A DNA stretch of 64,000 bases from a virus: IMG/VR virus record IMGVR_UViG_3300015263_000627; one strand, given 5' to 3'. Shown piece after piece: positions 1 through 9,163 of this stretch. The position numbers and the translations under genes were made by a program. The notes below the pieces were generated by a model that worked only from the letters and a program-made list of their open reading frames with translations, made no database searches and was not told the DNA's origin. The stretch's first letter is position 1; every line of letters begins with the position of its first letter.

Positions 1-1
1 T

Positions 2-1030
2 CTAGTTTTTATTGGACGATTTCAACCTTTTCATGCTGGACACCAACATGTTCTCGAAAAGGCTCTTAGTTTATCCGACAATGTAATAGTTTTGGTTGGT
101 TCATCCAACGTTCACCGATCCGTCGAAAATCCATGGTCATTTGAAGAACGCGAAGGCATGATAAAAAATGCCTTGGTTCATAAACTTTCGGCTTATCAGG
201 AATTAGTTATAAAACCTCTTGAAGATTTTCATAACGATACCGCTTGGGTTATGTCCGTTCAAGATATAGTCGATAAAGTCGCAAATGAATGGGAAACCCA
301 TAATACCAAGATTGGTCTAATTGGTTATGATAAGGATTCCACGTCATATTACCTAAAGATGTTTCCGACTTGGGATGTTGTCGAAATCGATACCCAATAT
401 GGAACCATCAACGCTACCCAAATCCGCGAACAGTATTTCCAAGACGCCCCGATCATTTCCGAATTTCTTCCGGATACGGTTAGATCGTTTTTGCGAGAGT
501 TTGCTCTTGGTGACACCTTCAAATGGGTGTTGAAAGAATACAAATACATTCGCGATTATAAAAAGATTTGGGAAAACGCACCCTTCCCGCCGACATTCGT
601 AACAGTTGACCCCGTTGTGGTTCAATCTGGTAATATCCTTTTGGTTACCCGAAAGGAACCTCCCTATGCTGGTTCCTTAGCATTGCCGGGAGGCTTTCTC
701 AATGTAAACGAAACATTGGAAAACGCCGTTGTCCGGGAATTGAAAGAGGAAACCCGTATTAGAGACAATAAGGGCGAAATTCCCCCCGCTATGTTGAAAT
801 CGTTCATCACTAAGCGAGAGGTGTTTGATAACCCGAATAGATCGAAACGGGGTCGAACAATTACCCATGCCTTCCTATTCGATCTTCCCAAAAAGGATGA
901 TCTATATATGGTCAAGGGTGATGATGATGCCGAACATGCCGCATGGTATAGCTTGGCAGAACTAAAGAATGAGGATTTCATGGAAGATCACGCTTTCATA
1001 ATCCAGAAAATGTTAGAGATAAAGTTCTGA
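2..1030 (+). CDS. natV: Bifunctional NMN adenylyltransferase / Nudix ADP-ribose pyrophosphatase (NatV/NadM-Nudix-like), 5' truncated by window edge
   Basis: The frame is open from position 2 (LVFIGRFQPFHAGH, HxGH motif). The C-terminal half has a Nudix box (GGFLNVNETLENAVVRELKEET) and GDDDA. Adjacent to NAMPT. Confidence 0.92.
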   Translation, partial: LVFIGRFQPFHAGHQHVLEKALSLSDNVIVLVGSSNVHRSVENPWSFEEREGMIKNALVHKLSAYQELVIKPLEDFHNDTAWVMSVQDIVDKVANEWETHNTKIGLIGYDKDSTSYYLKMFPTWDVVEIDTQYGTINATQIREQYFQDAPIISEFLPDTVRSFLREFALGDTFKWVLKEYKYIRDYKKIWENAPFPPTFVTVDPVVVQSGNILLVTRKEPPYAGSLALPGGFLNVNETLENAVVRELKEETRIRDNKGEIPPAMLKSFITKREVFDNPNRSKRGRTITHAFLFDLPKKDDLYMVKGDDDAEHAAWYSLAELKNEDFMEDHAFIIQKMLEIKF

Positions 1031-1078
1031 AAGGGGTAGGGGAGTCCTATTCCTAGTAAATGAGAAGGAGAAAATCTC

Positions 1079-2494
1079 ATGATGTATCGTAAAAATCCAA
1101 TCCTAAACACCGATAGCTACAAGGCTTCGCACTATCTGCAATATCCCCCGGGAACAACCAATGTATCATCGTATATTGAAAGCCGGGGCGGGGAATACGA
1201 TGAAGTTGTATTCTTCGGTTTGCAAGCTTGGCTCAAGGAAAATTTGATGAATGAGGCAAGCCTAGTTACTATGGCAGATATTGACGATGCCGAGGCGGTC
1301 TTTACAGCCCATGGTGAACCTTTCAACCGTAAAGGTTGGGAGCGCATTGTAAAAGAACACAAGGGTCGATTGCCCCTAAAAATCGAGGCAGTTGATGAAG
1401 GGACTGTAATGCCCCCGAGCAACGTTTTGGTTCAGGTGTATAATACCGATCCGGAATTGCCTTGGCTAACGTCATATATCGAAACATCCCTGCTACGGGG
1501 AATTTGGTATCCGACTACGGTAGCAACCCGATCCCGATTTATCAAGAAATTGATCAAGCGATATCTTGATGAAACGGCGGATAATTCCGATGGTTTACCA
1601 TTCAAGCTACATGATTTTGGGTTTAGGGGTGTTTCATCCTATGAATCCGGTGTCTTGGGTGGAATGGGACACTTGGTAAACTTCCTTGGCACCGATACTG
1701 TCGGAGCATTAGAAGGGGCAAGAGCCTACTATGATGAACCAATCGCTGGTTTCTCAATTCCAGCGGCGGAACACTCGACAATTACCGCTTGGGGTAAGGA
1801 AAACGAATATAAAGCCTATGAGAATATGATTGATCGATTTGGGGGTCCGGGAAAACTTGTTGCCGTTGTCTCTGACTCTTACAATATCATGAATGCGGTC
1901 AATCAGATTTGGGGTAATGAACTACGGAATAAGATTATGAGATTTGGCGGAACGTTGGTTATCCGTCCGGACTCTGGAACTCCGTGGATTATTGTTCCGG
2001 AAATTCTCAATGCTCTAGGAGAAAAGTTTCCGACTACGGTAAACTCCAAGGGTTATAAAATGCTTCCGGATTATCTCCGTATCATTCAGGGGGATGGTAT
2101 CAATCAGGTATCAATTGGTAAAATTCTTGAAGCCGTCAAGAAAAATGGTTGGTCCACTGATAATGTCGCCTTCGGAATGGGAGGAGCAATGTTGCAGGAT
2201 TTGACTAGAGATACGTTGAGTTTTGCAATGAAAGCAAACGCAATCCTGACGGAAGAATCAATGACCTATGAGGGACATTCCGGATGGATCGATGTTTACA
2301 AAAAGCCGGTTGGAGATAATGGAAAATCTTCGAAGGCAGGTCGATTAGCACTGATCAATCGCAAGGGTAAGTTCGAAACGGTGCCAGTTGAAGTTGCTGA
2401 CGATTATCCAAATCTCTTGAAGGTTCGTTATAATAAGTATCAGCTAGAAAATACCACTACCTTCAAGGAAATCCGCGAAAGAGCGGCATTATAA
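1079..2494 (+). CDS. nadV: Nicotinamide phosphoribosyltransferase (NAMPT)
   Basis: TDSYKASHY, LHDFGFRG, SIPAAEHS, VSDSY, IRPDSG and IIQGDGI motifs. Confidence 0.95.
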   Translation: MMYRKNPILNTDSYKASHYLQYPPGTTNVSSYIESRGGEYDEVVFFGLQAWLKENLMNEASLVTMADIDDAEAVFTAHGEPFNRKGWERIVKEHKGRLPLKIEAVDEGTVMPPSNVLVQVYNTDPELPWLTSYIETSLLRGIWYPTTVATRSRFIKKLIKRYLDETADNSDGLPFKLHDFGFRGVSSYESGVLGGMGHLVNFLGTDTVGALEGARAYYDEPIAGFSIPAAEHSTITAWGKENEYKAYENMIDRFGGPGKLVAVVSDSYNIMNAVNQIWGNELRNKIMRFGGTLVIRPDSGTPWIIVPEILNALGEKFPTTVNSKGYKMLPDYLRIIQGDGINQVSIGKILEAVKKNGWSTDNVAFGMGGAMLQDLTRDTLSFAMKANAILTEESMTYEGHSGWIDVYKKPVGDNGKSSKAGRLALINRKGKFETVPVEVADDYPNLLKVRYNKYQLENTTTFKEIRERAAL

Positions 2495-2506
2495 AATAAC
2501 CAAGAT

Positions 2507-2541
2507 AAATACCCCATGGTAACAACCGTGGGGTATTTTTT
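2507..2541. terminator. Likely bidirectional intrinsic terminator
   Basis: AAATACCCCATGG-TAACAA-CCGTGGGGTATTT hairpin with A/T tails between convergent genes. Confidence 0.7.
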
Positions 2542-3262
2542 ATGTTGTAATCCATGATTTTACGAAGAATGCGTTTTTTCTTTGTTCCCAATACAGTTTT
2601 CGAGCTTTACTCATTTTTTGTTTAGCTTCATCTGTTTGTTGTTTTCCAAACATTGGATTATTTGATCCGAGATTATTTTCTTTATGTAAATTATAAGATT
2701 TTTTTCTTGCATCTCGCATTTTTTGTTTATGTTCTTCAGATTTAGGTCTGCCACGTTGAAAATTACTTATTTTGTTTTTTGTTTCTTCTGAAAGTTTTTT
2801 ACCCAAATTACCTTGTCTGATTTTTTCTATAGTTTCTTTAGAATGATTCCGTCCTGTTGATGCAACAAAAAATCGATTCATTATGTTACGATTATAAAAC
2901 GCTCTTTCTCCATTTGGTAATTTAGCATTGAGAACATCATGGCGAAATTGTTCTGCGACCTCAGTATATGATAATTCTCTTTTAGTTTCACATAATTTTA
3001 GAAATTGAAATCTAAAATTTTCTTTTCCTAATCGTTGAATATCTTCATTCAACTCGTCTGATGAACTAGTATATTCTTTCCAATCGCTATCTTTTATAAT
3101 AACCTTACGATTTTTTTTACCCTTTATTTTTTTTCTTTTTCTAAAACGAAATTGTTTTTTCCCAATATAAGCCTGTCCCGAAAGGATATTTGTAATAATA
3201 TAAACAACCCCAAAATATTTATTTGGGTCAAAATCGGTATCAACTTCCCAATGTCCGTACAT
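2540..3262 (-). CDS. GIY-YIG homing endonuclease (Seg-like) with NUMOD3 repeats
   Basis: GVVYIITN...YIGKK at the N-terminus. HSKETIEKI, LSEETKNKIS and NNPMFGK repeats. Late promoter-like GATAAATA upstream on the minus strand (3286-3293). Confidence 0.8.
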   Translation of the reverse strand: MYGHWEVDTDFDPNKYFGVVYIITNILSGQAYIGKKQFRFRKRKKIKGKKNRKVIIKDSDWKEYTSSSDELNEDIQRLGKENFRFQFLKLCETKRELSYTEVAEQFRHDVLNAKLPNGERAFYNRNIMNRFFVASTGRNHSKETIEKIRQGNLGKKLSEETKNKISNFQRGRPKSEEHKQKMRDARKKSYNLHKENNLGSNNPMFGKQQTDEAKQKMSKARKLYWEQRKNAFFVKSWITT

Positions 3263-3293
3263 AAATAGTTCCTCAGTTTATAATATATTTATC

Positions 3294-3322
3294 TTGACTT
3301 AGAGGGTTTCTTGTGTTACACT
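3294..3322 (+). promoter_or_regulatory. Sigma70-type early promoter
   Basis: TTGACT-N17-TACACT. Confidence 0.7.
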
Positions 3323-3350
3323 TTATCCATACTTAGAAAAGAGAGGAATA

Positions 3351-3689
3351 GTGCGAAAGTTTTTTATAATATTGGCTTCTTTTTTCATATTCTCCCACAC
3401 CGCAAACGCTCTAACATCCAAGTTTGATGGGGAATGGGATTTTACCATTTATAGCGCCTGTGATAAATCCGAAAATAAAATCAGCATTACTATAAAAGCA
3501 CCGCGAGTTAATTCGTCTGAAAAAGTTCTTGACTTGGTGGGCGGAATAAGCGATAATGGTAAGATAGATATCGTTGCTGTTTATAATGGTAAGACCTTTT
3601 ATACAAAAGGGATTATTATGCAAAAGACCGGAAGCGGTGAATGGGTATCCGATAATTGTTCCGGAACATGGAAAGCGGAAAAGAAATAA
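3351..3689 (+). CDS. Hypothetical exported protein
   Basis: Signal-peptide-like N-terminus (MRKFFIILASFFIFSHTANA) and an RBS. Confidence 0.6.
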   Translation: MRKFFIILASFFIFSHTANALTSKFDGEWDFTIYSACDKSENKISITIKAPRVNSSEKVLDLVGGISDNGKIDIVAVYNGKTFYTKGIIMQKTGSGEWVSDNCSGTWKAEKK

Positions 3690-3961
3690 TGGTAATTGAA
3701 ACTATAAAAACTATCAAGGCATTCAAATGTAGTTCAGGACATCTTCATGAATCATTTGAAGAAGCAAAAGATTGTGAATTTGATGAATTGGTTTTTGATG
3801 CTTTTCAATCTTCTCCGTCCGGGTTTTATCGTGATATAGGTGGAGATAAAAGAATTAGAGAATTTGCTCAACTTTTACGAGGAAATGTTTATCCAAATTT
3901 TCGCAAAAAATTGATAAAAGCTTTGGAATATCTTCAAATACATTTTGGATTCAATGAATGA
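3689..3961 (+). CDS. Hypothetical protein
   Basis: ATG overlaps the upstream TAA. Confidence 0.55.
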   Translation: MVIETIKTIKAFKCSSGHLHESFEEAKDCEFDELVFDAFQSSPSGFYRDIGGDKRIREFAQLLRGNVYPNFRKKLIKALEYLQIHFGFNE

Positions 3962-4136
3962 GCAATAAACGCCAAAAATATGCTAATCCCCCCGATTCGG
4001 TAACAATGGTGTTCCGCCCCCGAGGAAAATCTCTCAAAAAAGGTTCTCAAAATCGTCGCGTTATTGCGATTGGTTTGGACGAAAAACGCGAATATTTTTT
4101 ACATTCAACCAAAGGCTACCGTAATAGGAGAAAATA

Positions 4137-4607
4137 ATGCCTTATGTGCCAAGTGAAAAGACCGAAGGAAAACTCGATGATCGTTTTTATCTTGATCCAA
4201 CAATAAAACAATTAGCCGAAGATATTGCTACTGTAAGTGCAAGACACGGTTATGAGGGAGCCTTTGCAGGTGAATTGAATTATTCTCTTACTCGTTTATT
4301 GCAAGAACTTCCCCGGGAACTTATCAAACAAAACCAAATCAAGGAAGAATTGCGTTATTGGATGCAGCCCTTGATGTATGGGGTATTGCTTGATGTTGCC
4401 TTAGAGCATAAGCGTCGGGTAAATGTTGCATACGAAGCCGAACAGATTGTAAAATCCGGTGATTGTTATGATACCCCATATTATACCCGACTTGTTGAAG
4501 TAGTCGATAAGGAAGGGAAACATATCGGTTATCAGGAAATTATGATGAAACGTTCAAATGATACGCTTTTTGAAGATAAACTACCCCAAAAAATGGTAGT
4601 GGAGTGA
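4137..4607 (+). CDS. Hypothetical protein
   Basis: Strong RBS (AGGAG) and a 156-aa ORF coupled to the next gene. Confidence 0.7.
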   Translation: MPYVPSEKTEGKLDDRFYLDPTIKQLAEDIATVSARHGYEGAFAGELNYSLTRLLQELPRELIKQNQIKEELRYWMQPLMYGVLLDVALEHKRRVNVAYEAEQIVKSGDCYDTPYYTRLVEVVDKEGKHIGYQEIMMKRSNDTLFEDKLPQKMVVE

Positions 4608-4615
4608 GGAGAAAA

Positions 4616-5095
4616 ATGACTTATAAGTATGTTTATCTTGCTGGTCCTATTATGGGCTGCACTGAGGGGGAAGCGAAAGATTGGCGAAAATTCGTAGCCG
4701 ACAAGATTGCTCCATATGGAATTGTTGGGGTATCACCTTTACGGTGTGAACCAATTGTTGGCGAACGTTATAATTTGACGTATGATACCGATCCAAAATT
4801 TGGCGCACCCCGAGCAATTGCCGGTAAGAATTATTTCGATGTTCGCAATTGTGATATGACCTTAGCATATCTTCCCAAACCCGAAGCGGGTAAATATCCA
4901 TCCCTTGGAACAGTCGGAGAAATTTTCTGGACCAATGGGGTTGGAAAGCAAACAATTCTAGTTTCAGATGATCCTCTTATCATGAAACATCCGGTTATTG
5001 ATTCGGTTGTGGCATGGAAATTGGAAAAGCTTCAAGATGCCTGTGAAGTTATTGTAGGTGTTATGGGAGCATATACGGGAGGAAAAAATGTTTAG
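4616..5095 (+). CDS. Nucleoside 2-deoxyribosyltransferase / nucleotide N-glycosidase-like protein (copy 1)
   Basis: VYLAGPI...WR...D..D....D....SLGTVGEI motifs of the NDT/Rcl fold. Confidence 0.75.
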   Translation: MTYKYVYLAGPIMGCTEGEAKDWRKFVADKIAPYGIVGVSPLRCEPIVGERYNLTYDTDPKFGAPRAIAGKNYFDVRNCDMTLAYLPKPEAGKYPSLGTVGEIFWTNGVGKQTILVSDDPLIMKHPVIDSVVAWKLEKLQDACEVIVGVMGAYTGGKNV

Positions 5096-5498
5096 GACAA
5101 TTTATCTTTGTGGTCCAATATTTGGATGCACCGATGAAGAATGTAAGGATTGGCGTGATTATGTAACCAATTTGTGGAAAGATGATTTTCCATTATCTGA
5201 ACGAAAAACATTGGACCCAATGCGTCGGGATTATCGGGGTCGCACCGATGATTTTTACGAAGAACTTGTTGAATTGGACAAGATTGATGTTATGAATAGT
5301 GATGTTATTTTGGTCAATTATGATAAGCCTAGCGTTGGCACTAGTATGGAAATTATGTATGCATGGGAACGAGGTAAATTGGTGGTAGTTGTTACCAAGG
5401 AAGGCACCCCGATCAGTCCGTGGATGTTATATCATAGCCATAAAATTGCTCATTCATTTTTAGATGCAATCAATTATATAGAGGGATTGAATAAATGA
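5088..5498 (+). CDS. Nucleoside 2-deoxyribosyltransferase / nucleotide N-glycosidase-like protein (copy 2)
   Basis: IYLCGPI...DKIDVMNSDVILV...SVGTSMEIMYAW. Confidence 0.8.
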   Translation: MFRTIYLCGPIFGCTDEECKDWRDYVTNLWKDDFPLSERKTLDPMRRDYRGRTDDFYEELVELDKIDVMNSDVILVNYDKPSVGTSMEIMYAWERGKLVVVVTKEGTPISPWMLYHSHKIAHSFLDAINYIEGLNK

Positions 5499-5968
5499 CC
5501 AAAATAACCGAGAAATGGGATCGCTTTTATCTGGAATTAGCCGAGTTTGTTGCAACTAAACTATCCAAAGACCCTTCAACTAAAGTGGGGGCAGTTCTAG
5601 TAAATTACGATCATAATAAAGAATTTCTTGGTTATAATGGTTTTCCCCGGGGTGTGGACGACGATCCAGCCCGATATGATAATCGGGAATTGAAATACAA
5701 GATGGTTGTTCATGCCGAAGTGAATGCCATCCTCAAGGCAGGATTTTATTCTAAAGGTGGAACATTATATGTTTATCCAGCTTTTTCCCTTCCTCCAATT
5801 TGCAATGAATGTGTAAAGTATGCAATTCAAAGTGGAGTCAAGGAAATTGTTGGATTTGTTCCGACTCCTGAAGATGCCGAAAGAGCAAAACGTTGGCAGG
5901 AATCAATTGATATTGCCCGAACAATGTGTGATGAAGCCGGGGTTACTTATAGAGGCGTTGTAAGATAA
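5495..5968 (+). CDS. cd: dCMP deaminase
   Basis: SKDPSTKVGAV, GYNGFPRG, HAEVNAI and P.CNEC zinc motifs. Confidence 0.9.
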   Translation: MTKITEKWDRFYLELAEFVATKLSKDPSTKVGAVLVNYDHNKEFLGYNGFPRGVDDDPARYDNRELKYKMVVHAEVNAILKAGFYSKGGTLYVYPAFSLPPICNECVKYAIQSGVKEIVGFVPTPEDAERAKRWQESIDIARTMCDEAGVTYRGVVR

Positions 5969-6012
5969 TGGATTTACGTTACATATCGGAACTAAAAAAG
6001 GAATGAAACCAA

Positions 6013-6501
6013 ATGAACCAAAAATCAGTACAAAAATTCGTCAAAAGAGAGAAGAACTTCAAACAGAACTTAAAACCCTCAATAGTAAAGGGAAAAAATA
6101 TAGCTGATGGAAGTGGTTTAAGATATAATACTGGTAAAAATAAACTTGAATTAATTCCTTCAGAATGGGAATGGGCGTTGGGTATGATCTTGACCCGAGG
6201 TGCAATAAAATATGATGTAAGAAACTGGGAAAAAGGAATGAGTCATTCTTATGTTCTTGGTTCAGGACGCCGCCATTTAGTCAAGTATTTGGCGGGTGAG
6301 AGATATGATCCTGAAACTGGTTGCCATCATCTGGCAATGGTTGCATGGAACATGTTGGCTCTAATGACCTATGACATTCGGGGTATTGGAGAGGATGATC
6401 TAAAGGATGTTGGGAACTTGGAATGGTTGGAAAAAACAGCCGTCGATCCCGGTCCTGCGTTACAGAAACTAATGGAAGAAAAGAATTTGCAACCTAAATA
6501 A
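6013..6501 (+). CDS. dATP/dGTP diphosphohydrolase domain protein (DUF5664-like); start uncertain
   Basis: GLRYNTGK..LELIP...GAIKYDVRNWEKG...RHL...GE.YDPETG.HHLA..AWN signature. Confidence 0.8.
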   Translation: MNQKSVQKFVKREKNFKQNLKPSIVKGKNIADGSGLRYNTGKNKLELIPSEWEWALGMILTRGAIKYDVRNWEKGMSHSYVLGSGRRHLVKYLAGERYDPETGCHHLAMVAWNMLALMTYDIRGIGEDDLKDVGNLEWLEKTAVDPGPALQKLMEEKNLQPK

Positions 6502-6705
6502 ATGCTAAATTTGGAAAAAACAATAGTTATAATTGTTGTGGGATTTATGCTTTCGAATTGTACCATATCAAAAGATTACTCATTGAGTTTGAGTATTCCA
6601 AGCATTCCTCATGATGAAATAGTTCATCCAGATGCATTAGTCTCATTGGATAGTTCGCCAGATTTTTCAGGTTTACAAGTAACAATTACTAGGACATTTC
6701 CATGA
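6502..6705 (+). CDS. Hypothetical small exported/lipoprotein
   Basis: Hydrophobic N-terminus ending in Cys; coupled to its neighbours. Confidence 0.45.
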   Translation: MLNLEKTIVIIVVGFMLSNCTISKDYSLSLSIPSIPHDEIVHPDALVSLDSSPDFSGLQVTITRTFP

Positions 6706-7265
6706 AAAAGATTATAATTTTTTTCTTATTGGGTCTGATTCTTGGAAGCTGTGCAGCTACACCCGAAGAAAGACAATTAGTGCGTCAAACTGCGGGTGAA
6801 AGTACAACCTTCCAATTACAAGGTACTGATGTAGCTTTAAATCGTTTGCATCCAATATTTGCAAAACGGTTGTCGTCTGCAATCAAGGAAGCTCGAAAAC
6901 AAGGATTGAATGTTGGATGTTTTTCAGCATATCGTCCCCCGGGATTCAATATCGGGAAATATATAGACAAATATAATTCCCTTCATGCCTATGGTTTGGC
7001 TTGTGATGTATATGGTTTGGGGGGTCCAGATGATATAAGGGCATTTGTATGGTATCATATTGCCAAGAGACATAATCTTTGGAATCCTTACTATGGAACC
7101 AAATCATGGGCATGGGAATATAACCATTATCAGATGTATAAGAATATAAAGAAAATTCCCGCCAAATATAAACTTCGGGAAACTATCAAAGATGAAGGTC
7201 CTAAAAATATAGTCGATATGTGGCACGAAGGAACTGTGTTATTCTTTACTCAAATCTTTCATTGA
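6702..7265 (+). CDS. Peptidase M15-like cell wall hydrolase with lipoprotein signal
   Basis: Lipobox LILGSC; SAYR...SLHAYGLACD...EYNH zinc-binding pattern. Confidence 0.75.
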   Translation: MKKIIIFFLLGLILGSCAATPEERQLVRQTAGESTTFQLQGTDVALNRLHPIFAKRLSSAIKEARKQGLNVGCFSAYRPPGFNIGKYIDKYNSLHAYGLACDVYGLGGPDDIRAFVWYHIAKRHNLWNPYYGTKSWAWEYNHYQMYKNIKKIPAKYKLRETIKDEGPKNIVDMWHEGTVLFFTQIFH

Positions 7266-7274
7266 GGATATATT

Positions 7275-7550
7275 ATGGTTGTAACTAAAAATCCTGAAAA
7301 ATTTACCTTAGATCAGGTTGTTTTCGATGTTCGTGAAGAATTAGAACGGGCTACATCAATTCATGGTCCGTTCTATTCTCCCCATGAAGGATATGCCGTC
7401 TTATTAGAGGAAGTCGATGAATTATGGGACGAAATTAAAAAAGGAAAGGGTCGTTCTTTATCTTATAAGGGAATGACCGAAGCAATTCAAGTAGCAGCAA
7501 TGGCAATGCGTTTAGCAATGGACTTATATTATGCCAAACCCAAGGAATAA
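7275..7550 (+). CDS. MazG-like NTP pyrophosphohydrolase-fold protein
   Basis: HEGYAVLLEEVDELWDEI...EAIQVAAMA helical EExxE pattern. Confidence 0.6.
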   Translation: MVVTKNPEKFTLDQVVFDVREELERATSIHGPFYSPHEGYAVLLEEVDELWDEIKKGKGRSLSYKGMTEAIQVAAMAMRLAMDLYYAKPKE

Positions 7551-7752
7551 ACCTCAAGCCAGAAACCTATTGGATGGAACGGGGGTCACCTATTCCAATC
7601 TTTTACGGTTCCTTGAAAATGCAACCAAAGATTTGGAAACGGAAGGTAAGGAAGATGCTGCCTTTTATTTCGGTCAGTTTCATGATTGGTTGCGAAATCA
7701 CTACCACCCAAGCAAAAGTTTTATTTATGAATCTCGCATTTTGGGGTTATGA
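7531..7752 (+). CDS. Hypothetical protein
   Basis: ORF overlapping the upstream stop. Confidence 0.55.
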   Translation: MPNPRNKPQARNLLDGTGVTYSNLLRFLENATKDLETEGKEDAAFYFGQFHDWLRNHYHPSKSFIYESRILGL

Positions 7753-7883
7753 TGATTTATCCAATCTATAGGAAAATTTGGGAAGAATTTCATAATAAAA
7801 AAATTCCAAATGGTTGGCATATACATCATGGAGTAAAAAGAATATATAAGGAGAAATCAAGTGCCTTGGCCCCGAAAACATAA
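7749..7883 (+). pseudogene. Truncated HNH homing endonuclease remnant
   Basis: Translates MMIYPIYRKIWEEFHNKKIPNGWHIHH, the typical HNH N-terminus, then stops after 44 aa. Confidence 0.65.
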
Positions 7884-7953
7884 ACCCCGAACTGGACGCC
7901 GCAAGATTGGTTCGAAGAAACGTCGCGCCCGTCATAAGAACAAACATAGGTAA
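7861..7953 (+). CDS. 30-aa highly basic peptide MPWPRKHKPRTGRRKIGSKKRRARHKNKHR
   Basis: AAGGAG RBS, GTG start; fills the gap before the next gene. Below the ORF-track length cutoff. Confidence 0.65.
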   Translation: MPWPRKHKPRTGRRKIGSKKRRARHKNKHR

Positions 7954-7955
7954 AA

Positions 7956-8231
7956 ATGCAAAAGATAGTTTTTTATTGTGATCGATGTGGCACTGATATA
8001 ATGCATAATGGTGTCTATGATCTTCAGCTAAATTTACATTATAGTGGTTTGGCTAACGATATAATTTACTTATCCGGAGATTTTTGTGCAGAATGTTATA
8101 ATATTATCAAACAAAAAATCGGTAAGGAATTAGAATTTAACCGTTTTCAAACTTATGAGAATATAAGAAAAATTATGGAATGGGATGTTACACCCAAGCC
8201 GCCCGAAGATCATCATCCGACAGATTCGTAA
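7956..8231 (+). CDS. Hypothetical protein with CxxC pairs
   Basis: CDRC...CAEC, suggesting a zinc finger. Confidence 0.55.
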   Translation: MQKIVFYCDRCGTDIMHNGVYDLQLNLHYSGLANDIIYLSGDFCAECYNIIKQKIGKELEFNRFQTYENIRKIMEWDVTPKPPEDHHPTDS

Positions 8232-8850
8232 CATTTAGATCAAGACCTTTGTTACCCGGACAACGAATACCGGGAACCCAATGAGGTTCAGGACCTACCC
8301 CATCACCAGTATATTGCCATAAGAAGAAATCATCAAACCCATTCGGGAAACGATAACGCGATCCATATTGGGCAAGCCAAAGCTTATGGGATGTGATGTA
8401 ATCCCGATCCACTCGATTTAGATCATCAATTGTTTCTTTCAGCTTATTACCCGAATAGATAATAGCCTTGCGACCCATCTTTTCTTCGATAAGATGCAAG
8501 AAATCGACGGCTTGATGAATGGTCATATCAGACCTGCGATTTTCTTCATAGTCTAAGGCTAAAAGGGTTCGAGGATCAGGTTGAGATGCATCAAGGAATT
8601 TATTGACTTGAGCAACGACATTTTCGGCGGAATTGAAATGATAGGCTCCCCATTCTAATCCAACCGACAAGGCTCCCTCTCTAAATTCATCATACATGGG
8701 GTCTTTATAATTGGTGCCTTGGCTGGCTTTGCAAATTATTCCGACAATGCCATAATCCTTGACTTTTTGCCAATCTTGACGGTCAATTTCTTCATAATGT
8801 GAAATATCGACCACTTTGGGAATGAAATCGGTCATTTTGTTGTTCTCCAT
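8188..8850 (-). CDS. GH25 muramidase (probable endolysin)
   Basis: VDISHYE, KASQG, GAYHF, LDYE, IYSG, LWLAQY, WQYT and LDLN motifs. Late promoter-like ATAAATA upstream. Confidence 0.88.
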   Translation of the reverse strand: MENNKMTDFIPKVVDISHYEEIDRQDWQKVKDYGIVGIICKASQGTNYKDPMYDEFREGALSVGLEWGAYHFNSAENVVAQVNKFLDASQPDPRTLLALDYEENRRSDMTIHQAVDFLHLIEEKMGRKAIIYSGNKLKETIDDLNRVDRDYITSHKLWLAQYGSRYRFPNGFDDFFLWQYTGDGVGPEPHWVPGIRCPGNKGLDLNVTNLSDDDLRAAWV

Positions 8851-8884
8851 TTTCCTAAATACTATTTATTAGGGGAGGGCTTCT

Positions 8885-9097
8885 ATGGCATCTACAACCG
8901 AGGAACGGAAAGCGAAACGTTTGAAACAATTACAAGAAAATGTCGAAGCCCAAATTCTTATGACGGACGGTCCCGAAGATTTGCTGTTATTAGCCACTAT
9001 ATTCCTAGCTACTGCCAAAAACATCTTTTTATCGAATTTTCCCAAAGAACATACCCGCGACGTTTTGCATAAGTATGTGGACGATGTTACAAAATGA
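8885..9097 (+). CDS. Hypothetical protein
   Basis: GGAGG RBS and a 70-aa ORF. Confidence 0.55.
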   Translation: MASTTEERKAKRLKQLQENVEAQILMTDGPEDLLLLATIFLATAKNIFLSNFPKEHTRDVLHKYVDDVTK

Positions 9098-9157
9098 TAA
9101 CCCATTGATTTTCCACGTTTCTTAGTTCTTGACTCTACCCCTTTTATGTGATAAATT
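9098..9157 (+). promoter_or_regulatory. Repeated early promoter unit 1 (IHF-like box plus sigma70 promoter)
   Basis: TAACCCATTGATTTTCCACGTTTCTTAGTTC-TTGACT-N17-TAAATT. Confidence 0.75.
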
Positions 9158-9163
9158 CTTATC

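Noticed and set aside
5968-6110. In-frame TGA at 6004 upstream of the DUF5664 ORF (possible recoding), and an alternative ORF 6003-6107 with a GGGAAAAAA run (possible frameshift)
   Set aside because: Other genes end normally at TGA, TAG or TAA with no sign of reassignment. Joining the frames would need a +1 shift, not the -1 that the run would favour. The start remains ambiguous.
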